DNA from: Blastocladiella emersonii ATCC 22665
Lineage: Eukaryota > Fungi > Blastocladiomycota
Assembly (NCBI GenBank): GCA_025594325.1
Contig: JANHCV010000010.1
Location: 1,488,001 to 1,552,000 of the forward strand
Length of the DNA: 64,000 bases
Direction: 5' to 3'
The notes below the pieces were generated by a model. That model saw only the letters and a list, made by a program, of their open reading frames with translations, ran no database searches and was not told the DNA's origin. A program made the translations under genes and the position numbers. Shown here one piece after another: positions 57,863-64,000 of this stretch (the stretch's first letter is position 1; each line of letters opens with the position of its first letter).

Positions 57863-59998
57863 CTACTGGCTCGTCGCCTCGCGGTACACCTTGGTCCCGA
57901 GACACGTGGCGAGATCCACGACGCGCGCGCCGGGCACCCCGCGGACGGCCTTGACGAGGTCGCGGACCATGGACATGCCCCACGGCGTGCCGTCGCGGAC
58001 CCCGACGATCGCCGACCCCTCTCCACCCTCCTTGAGCGCGCGCTCGATCTGCCCCACCACGCCCGCCGGGTCAAACGCGGCCCCCGTCTCGGCGACGCGC
58101 ACGCTCGGCACCACGACCGTGTACCCGTGCGTGGCGAGCATCGCGAGCGGGGCCCCCGACACGGGCGCGCCGCCGGGCGCCATGTACACGGCGGGGATCC
58201 CGGCCTTGGACCCCGCGCGCGCGGCCGACGGGGTGCCCGCGACGGCGCGCCCGATGGCGAGCTCGGCCGCGAGCAGATCCGCGCGCGCGTCGCCCAGCGC
58301 GCGGAACGACGAAGGCGACGTCGCGGCGACGCCCATGGACCCGACGACGTGCCCCGCGCGCGCGAGCGTGACCACGGTACCCGGCAGCGCGGGCGCCGAC
58401 GATCCCGCAAAAAGGAGCTTGTCGGCGGGGACAAAGAACGCGGCCGTGACGTTCTCCACCGCCAAGTCGCGCAGGAGCGCGGGGGTGTAGCTCGTCGGCG
58501 CGTCGTAGAAGACGAGCGCGACGTCGCCGCGGCGCGCGCACGTGCGGCGCACCGGCGGGGTCGCGGGGCACGCGCCGCAGCCCGACGGACAGGTGCCGCA
58601 CGTCACCTTGCGCGTGTCGCACGACGTCGCGGAGCGGATCAGCGGGCACAGCGGGGCCGAGGTGGGGGTGGGCCCGGCGGTGGAGCGGAGGATGGTGGTG
58701 GTCGTTGTCAGCAGGCTCGTGGTCACCGTCACCTTGCCCGGCGCCGCGGTGGGCGCGGGAGCGGCGGTCGCGGGCAGCGTCACCGTGAGCGTGGCGATGG
58801 ACGCGGACACGGTCCCGTTGGCCGGGCGCACGACGGATGTGGTGACCGTGACGCGGGGCGTCGGCGCAGCGGGCTGGGCGGCCGCAGTCCCGGGCAGCGT
58901 GACCGTGACGGGGACAGGGACCACGACGACGGACGTGACGACGGTCCCGTTCCCGCCCACTGGTACGGAAACGTTGGTGTACTTGGCGTCGATCTTAGCG
59001 AGATCCGCGGTGAGCGCGGCGGGGAACGCGACACAGAACGGCGGGTTGGTGCAGCTCGCATGCGGGAAGACGGGCGCGGGGGGCGCGTTGCGCGGCGCCG
59101 TCGGCGTGCACTGGGTAGACGCGGGCGCGCACACGTTGTTGATGCAGCACCCGGCCGGGCACTCGAACGTGAACTTGCACGCGCGCGGCGCGGGGGTGCC
59201 CGTCGGCGAGGGGCGGGAAACGGTGGTCGAGGTGAGCGTGAAGGGCGGGAGCGTCGGGAACAGCGACACGCTCGGCCGGCCGCGGTTCGCGTCTACGATC
59301 AGGGCCACGTCCGAGTCGATCGTGTCGCCGCCCGTGACGGGGGACGCGGTCGCGGTCGCGGTCGCAGCGGCAGTGGGGAGGGTAGGCGCGGTCGGATCGG
59401 CCGACGACGAGGAGGAGGCAGAGGCCGTGGCCGCGGGAACCGACGGGGTCGAGGGTGCCGGGACAACGGGCGACGGCGACGCGATGGGCGAGGCCGGCGG
59501 ACTCTGCGTCGGGCGCGCGATCACAGGCATCGCAGCACTATCATCCGTAGTTGCCGGCGCGCCATTGGACGTGGTGACGACCGGGTTGATCACAGTCGAC
59601 GAGATGCGCGCGACGACCTGGACCGACGTGTGCGACGGCAGCGGCTGGCGGAACAGCTCGACGTTATCGTCGGCGTCGCCGTCACCACCACGCGCTGGCT
59701 TGGAGCCCGCAGCGACGAGCTCGCCCGAGCCGTCGGGGAGCGAGACCCCGCTGCCCGCCGCGGGTTTCGGGTTGGCGCGCCACGCGGTGGGCGCGGGCGC
59801 GACCTTGACGAGGACGGGCGCCGTGGACGTCGCCGCGATGGGCCGGCCATCAGCGCCGAGCGCGCCGGCCGTGGTGTTGGACGCGACGGCCTGCTGCAGC
59901 GCGGCGCCGCTGCCCTGCGACGTGTACACGACGACGGACGTGCCGACGGCGGCCGCGAGAAAGACCGCGGTGATGGCGATGAACTTGTTGGACGGCAT
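57863..59998 (-). CDS. Secreted or anchored mucin-like protein with Cys-rich segments and a degenerate polysaccharide deacetylase (CE4/NodB) domain
   Basis: N-terminal hydrophobic segment, S/T/P-rich stalk, Cys clusters (CKFTFECPAGCCINNVC). C-terminal CARRGDVALVFYDAPTSYTPALLRDL..VTAAFFV..AGHVVGS matches the NodB N-terminal pattern C...g.vALTFDDGP..T..LLD.L....ATFFV..GH.IGSH. Confidence 0.8.
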   Translation of the reverse strand: MPSNKFIAITAVFLAAAVGTSVVVYTSQGSGAALQQAVASNTTAGALGADGRPIAATSTAPVLVKVAPAPTAWRANPKPAAGSGVSLPDGSGELVAAGSKPARGGDGDADDNVELFRQPLPSHTSVQVVARISSTVINPVVTTSNGAPATTDDSAAMPVIARPTQSPPASPIASPSPVVPAPSTPSVPAATASASSSSSADPTAPTLPTAAATATATASPVTGGDTIDSDVALIVDANRGRPSVSLFPTLPPFTLTSTTVSRPSPTGTPAPRACKFTFECPAGCCINNVCAPASTQCTPTAPRNAPPAPVFPHASCTNPPFCVAFPAALTADLAKIDAKYTNVSVPVGGNGTVVTSVVVVPVPVTVTLPGTAAAQPAAPTPRVTVTTSVVRPANGTVSASIATLTVTLPATAAPAPTAAPGKVTVTTSLLTTTTTILRSTAGPTPTSAPLCPLIRSATSCDTRKVTCGTCPSGCGACPATPPVRRTCARRGDVALVFYDAPTSYTPALLRDLAVENVTAAFFVPADKLLFAGSSAPALPGTVVTLARAGHVVGSMGVAATSPSSFRALGDARADLLAAELAIGRAVAGTPSAARAGSKAGIPAVYMAPGGAPVSGAPLAMLATHGYTVVVPSVRVAETGAAFDPAGVVGQIERALKEGGEGSAIVGVRDGTPWGMSMVRDLVKAVRGVPGARVVDLATCLGTKVYREATSQ

Positions 59999-60912
59999 GG
60001 CGGGCAGGCGGGTCTATCGGTCTAGGTTGTGCCGTCGAGGGAGGGGAGGGGAGGGGAGAGTGTGGCGCAAGTCCTGCACGCAGGGACGAGTCGAGTCGAG
60101 GTGCAATGGCGATGGTATCGTCTAGCGAGCGGCGGCGACGGCGGCGGCGTGGAGGCGCCGGGGAGCGCTGTGGAGTGCAGCAAGTCTCGCTCGCGTTAGC
60201 GCGGTATGAGTAGCGTGGGGACGGTGTCCCTTGCAGGAAGAGGGAGCAGTTGAGGTGTGGCGACGACGAGGGCGGACGCCGCAGCAAGCGGGACCCGGAC
60301 AGGCGAGGCGCGCTGGCTGGGTCTGGCCGACCACTGAAAAGCCCGCACCTCGGGTCGCAGCCACGCGACCAACGTCACTCCCGCTTGTCGCTTGTGACGT
60401 TGGCGGACAAGGGCCCACGGTGGCCATGGTCATTTCGTTGCGTGAGAGTTTTATGCAGGATCACGGCGGCGATCAGGCAACGGCCAACACGACGCGAAGA
60501 CGCGCGCGCGTCACGGTGGCCGCGGCCGTGGCCATGGCCATGGCCATCGAACTCAACGAGAAGAAGCATACGATGGACGCGGCCAGGGCCACCGACCTCG
60601 ACGAGAGGAACGACACGATTGACGAGGCCATGGCCGTGACCATCCACCTTGCCAAGTCAAAAGATTCGGCAGTAAATCAGGTCTATTTCGAACAACGCTG
60701 CCCCAACAATGAACGTTCACACAAGCAAATAGTAGTATGGAGGCAATACAGCAGTAGGGGCAGGTGGAGGGGGGGGTTGTACACGCAAAAGAGGGGAAAA
60801 AGAAAGTGATCGAGGGCATCCTGGTCGAAGTGGACCGAGGCCGCCCTCGCTAGTGAGGAAAATGGGGAGGGCACACGCGTAAATCTCCCATGGGGGCGAA
60901 GAGCAAACGAGT

Positions 60913-62568
60913 TTAGGCGAGGATGCCGGCAATCGAGGCCGAGCAGAAGGTGCACATGGTGCCGACGATCATGGCCGACACGGCGAGGCGGGCAATGTCG
61001 CCGCGGCGCGACGGGGCCATGGCGCCGAGGCACCCGATCTGGATACCGACCGACCCGATGTTGGCGAAGCCGCACAGCGCGTAGATGGCAATGAGCTCAC
61101 CACGGGCCGACAGCTGGCGGGGCGGGGCCGGGGCGTCGGGCGAGGGCGCGTTGCCGAGGAGCGCCGACAGGTCGGCGTAGGCGGCGAACTCGTTGACGAC
61201 CATCTTGGTGCCGAGGAGACGGCCGACCTTGAGGCACTCGGACGTGGGCGTGCCGAGGATCCAGGCGAAGGGCCAGAACACGTACGACAGGATGAGGCCG
61301 ATCGAGATGGGCTCGGTCGGGTTGAGGTAGCGGAAGAACTCCATGCAGATGATGTTGCACAGGTTGAAGAGCGAGATGATGGCGAGCAGCGAGCCGGTGA
61401 TGAGACCGGCGAGGTGCATACCCTGGGCGGCGCCGTTGGCGGCAGCGTGCAGCACGTTGGCCTCACGGTGCTCCTCGACGGGGATCGACACCTCGCCCTT
61501 GGTGATCGAGTTCTCGGTCTCCGGGATGCGCAGCTTGGACAGGGCGAGCGAGCAGGGGACCGACATGACGCACGACGTGATGATCGAGGTGGCGTCGATC
61601 TTGAACAGGCCGGTGAAGGCCGACAGGACGGAACCGGAGATGGTCGAGAAACCGGACGTCATGATCGAGTGGATCTCGGACTCGGTCATGAACTCGAGGA
61701 AGGGCTGGACGAGCAGGGCCGACTCACCCTGGCCGACGAAGGGCGAGGCCGCGGCGACCACCGACTCGGAACCGGACGTGTCCATGAGGCGGACCATGAC
61801 CCAGGCGAACTTGATGAGCAGCCACTGCATGGCGCCGAGGTAGTAGACGACCTGGATGAAGGACGCGAAGAAGACGACGGCGGGGAGCACCGTGGTCAGG
61901 AAGATCGAGTACTTGGGTCCGTCGGCCCACAGGAAGCCGAGACCGTAGATCTTGCCGAGGTCGAGGAACTCGGCCACAATGTGGGCGACGAACGAGAAGA
62001 CGGTCTTGCCGATCCACGTCTTGAGCACGATGAGGCCGAGAATGAACTGGGCGAGGATGCCGACCGAGACGAGGCGGAAGTTGACGGCCGAGCGGTGCTT
62101 GGAGGTACCGTACAGGAGGCCGAGGATGACGATCAGGCCGAGGAGCGAGCGGGCGCGCTCGAGCTTGGTGCCGCGGTCCGAGTCGGGGATGATGATGATC
62201 GAGACAACGGCGATGGCGAGGGTCAGGGCGCCGAAGAGCGCGGCCTTGATGAGCGGGGACACGGCCTCGAAGGGCTTGAAGATGGTGCCGAAGACGACGG
62301 CGAAGGGCTTGGTCAGCGTGTCGTTGGAGATGCGCTTGGTCAGGATCTTGGCGATGATGCAGAAGTAGAGGAAGGCCGGGAAGGCGATGGTGTCGGGGTG
62401 GTTGCCCCAGGCGAAGACGAGCCACACGGTCAGACCAATGACGATGATGGCGTCGACGACGCGCTGCAGGGTCGAGTCCTTGAACTCGGCCGCGGCCGCG
62501 GGAGCGGGCGCAGGGGCGGCCACACCGGCCGCCTTCTCGAGCGACTTGGTATCCTCGGATGCGGTCAT
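60913..62568 (-). CDS. Concentrative nucleoside transporter (CNT/SLC28 family)
   Basis: VVAAASPFVGQGES, IMTSGFSTISGSVL, SCVMSVPCSLALSKL, KMVVNEFAAY, YALCGFANIGSVGIQIG. Intronless. Confidence 0.96.
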   Translation of the reverse strand: MTASEDTKSLEKAAGVAAPAPAPAAAAEFKDSTLQRVVDAIIVIGLTVWLVFAWGNHPDTIAFPAFLYFCIIAKILTKRISNDTLTKPFAVVFGTIFKPFEAVSPLIKAALFGALTLAIAVVSIIIIPDSDRGTKLERARSLLGLIVILGLLYGTSKHRSAVNFRLVSVGILAQFILGLIVLKTWIGKTVFSFVAHIVAEFLDLGKIYGLGFLWADGPKYSIFLTTVLPAVVFFASFIQVVYYLGAMQWLLIKFAWVMVRLMDTSGSESVVAAASPFVGQGESALLVQPFLEFMTESEIHSIMTSGFSTISGSVLSAFTGLFKIDATSIITSCVMSVPCSLALSKLRIPETENSITKGEVSIPVEEHREANVLHAAANGAAQGMHLAGLITGSLLAIISLFNLCNIICMEFFRYLNPTEPISIGLILSYVFWPFAWILGTPTSECLKVGRLLGTKMVVNEFAAYADLSALLGNAPSPDAPAPPRQLSARGELIAIYALCGFANIGSVGIQIGCLGAMAPSRRGDIARLAVSAMIVGTMCTFCSASIAGILA

Positions 62569-64000
62569 GCTGGAGGTGGCGGGCGTGGGCGGTCGTTAGC
62601 TGGTTGCTCGAGGAGTGCGAGCGAGCGAGCGAGCGCCACCCGTCGAGAGCAAGCGCGAGTGCTGCTAGAGCGCCGAGGCGCGGCAGCAACAAGCTCGAGC
62701 AGGGACGACGTCGACGAGGTGGGAGACAGCGGCAGCGCTGCGGGACATACGTTGATTCGAGGAGGAAGGAAGCACAAGCGAGAGAAGGGAGGGAGGGCGG
62801 GGGCCCCGGTGGTATTTATGTTGCAGGGGGGACAACAGGGCGGGGCGGCAAGCGGGGCGGCGGCGGCGAGGCCCGGGTGGTGGCGAAAAAGCGCAGTCCC
62901 GAGCCACAGTGCGCGACTGACCAATCACAGGGCCGCCCTCCGCATACCGAATATTCGCCGATCCCGCCCTACTGCTCAAGCTTTAGGTTCCCCGGCCGAG
63001 TCAGGCGGCACACATCGTGACACGGCCGCCGCGATCCCGCTTCAGAGTTTTGGACAGGGACCCGTGCGATCCTCCATCGTCTCGTCGTTGTCGTTGTTGG
63101 CGGTGAGGCCACTCGCTCATCGTCGAGGTCCACGATGGCCATCATCCATCGCGGCGGCCGCGACCATGGCCATCGTGGGTCTCGTGCTTCCCCGCACTCT
63201 GGCGCTCGGCCGCGCCCCACCACTGAACCTGCCACTCCTCCAGCCCTCGCTACGCGCCTCGCCGTGTGCCTCGTGGTCGTCGACGACGAGGGTCAGGCGG
63301 CGTGCCGCGCCAACGTTTCAGATTGCCTGCAACATCGGAACGAACCGGGTGTGGCGTTCCGATCCTGCTTGTCCGCTTCTCCGAACATTCAACCTCGACT
63401 ACGCCGACGACATCACCAGTGTTCGCCGCAGTTCCATGTGGGCGTCGCTGATGCGGTGCGCCGACCGGCTCGTTTGCCCGCGAACATGGCCGCGACGCCC
63501 GCGACGCCCACGGGCGTTGGCGTTGCCTCAAGTTGTGCTTGGACTCGCGCCGGGGCGTCGACTGTGGCGGAGGTCGAGGTGGAGCTACGCCATCATTCTC
63601 GCCGTCTCTTCGTCGCGAGGCCCCGCGTGCTCGACGTGTTGCGCCCGCGGCCGTAAGCGCGGTGGTGGTGGCGGCGCCTGCTGATGCAGCTTCCATCGCA
63701 CCCACGAATGTCGCAGCCTCTCCGTCGCAGCGCGTGATGCGTGCTGTGATCGTCGCCGTGGTGCGGTGCGGGGGCGGCGGCTGCGCCACAAGTTCCCACG
63801 GTCGAGTGTTCGCGGCCGCGTGGGGCCAAGCGGGACCCGTGGGCGCCGCGGGCGCGAGCGACTCGCGAGGGCGCGGCATCCAGGGACGCCAGATGGGATA
63901 TCGCGCGCGCTGCGCCGAGCGAAAGATCCCGGACCGCGACCGCGCGATCCCGAAGGGTGCAGGATGCAGGGTGGAGGGTGTGAATACTAAGTATACTACC

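Noticed and set aside
57821-60025. 734-aa and 527-aa plus-strand ORFs
   Set aside because: Shadows of the minus-strand CE4-like gene.
60231-60809. 192-aa ORF with an AVAMAMAIE segment
   Set aside because: Only a short central part looks coding, and it lies in the gap between two minus-strand genes; insufficient support.
63135-63656. 173-aa ORF near the window end
   Set aside because: No recognisable motif and inconsistent codon bias across frames; cannot be supported as a gene.
61414-63684. 756-aa plus-strand ORF
   Set aside because: Mostly antisense to the CNT gene; the remainder has no coding signature.
1-64000. CRISPR arrays, tRNA/rRNA genes, prokaryotic operons or defence systems
   Set aside because: No regularly spaced repeat-spacer units, cloverleaf/T-loop signatures or rRNA motifs were seen by eye, and the genes carry spliceosomal introns. 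A tRNAscan/Infernal run would be needed to exclude small RNAs.

Overview
This is GC-rich, gene-dense eukaryotic DNA with short (about 50-80 nt) GT-AG introns, mostly with GTACGC/GTACGT/GTGCGT donors and YAG acceptors. It is most likely an early-diverging zoosporic fungus (Blastocladiomycota, Allomyces/Catenaria-like). That is an inference from a PH-domain Akt-like kinase, CSN8, an attractin-like protein and a 'WW..SGL' ankyrin-like/LRR family. Housekeeping genes (Akt-like kinase, TMEM41, NCA2, AVT-type transporter, DUF676 lipase, p23, Sis1, RPC11, F-box protein, CSN8, TIM17, CNT transporter) alternate with decayed accessory blocks. At 11-21 kb these are a DUF4470 fragment, an inverted gene fragment, a broken Helitron-like Rep/helicase, a MITE-like inverted repeat, a non-LTR retroelement relic and a pseudogene. 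At 33-38 kb there is a cluster of ankyrin-like/LRR paralogs and pseudogenes, and at 42.5-47 kb a truncated VPS16 copy plus other fragments. The most notable observations are a full-architecture attractin/MEGF8-like receptor (CUB-EGF-Kelch-PSI-TM) with an attractin-like cytoplasmic motif, a recurrent CACGTG+ACGCGT intergenic module with preferred 16 or 24-26 bp spacing, a perfect heat-shock element between head-to-head p23 and Hsp40 genes, and a polysaccharide-deacetylase-fold protein lacking catalytic motifs. No CRISPR arrays, tRNA or rRNA genes were seen. All family calls come from motif recognition by eye; no database searches were run.
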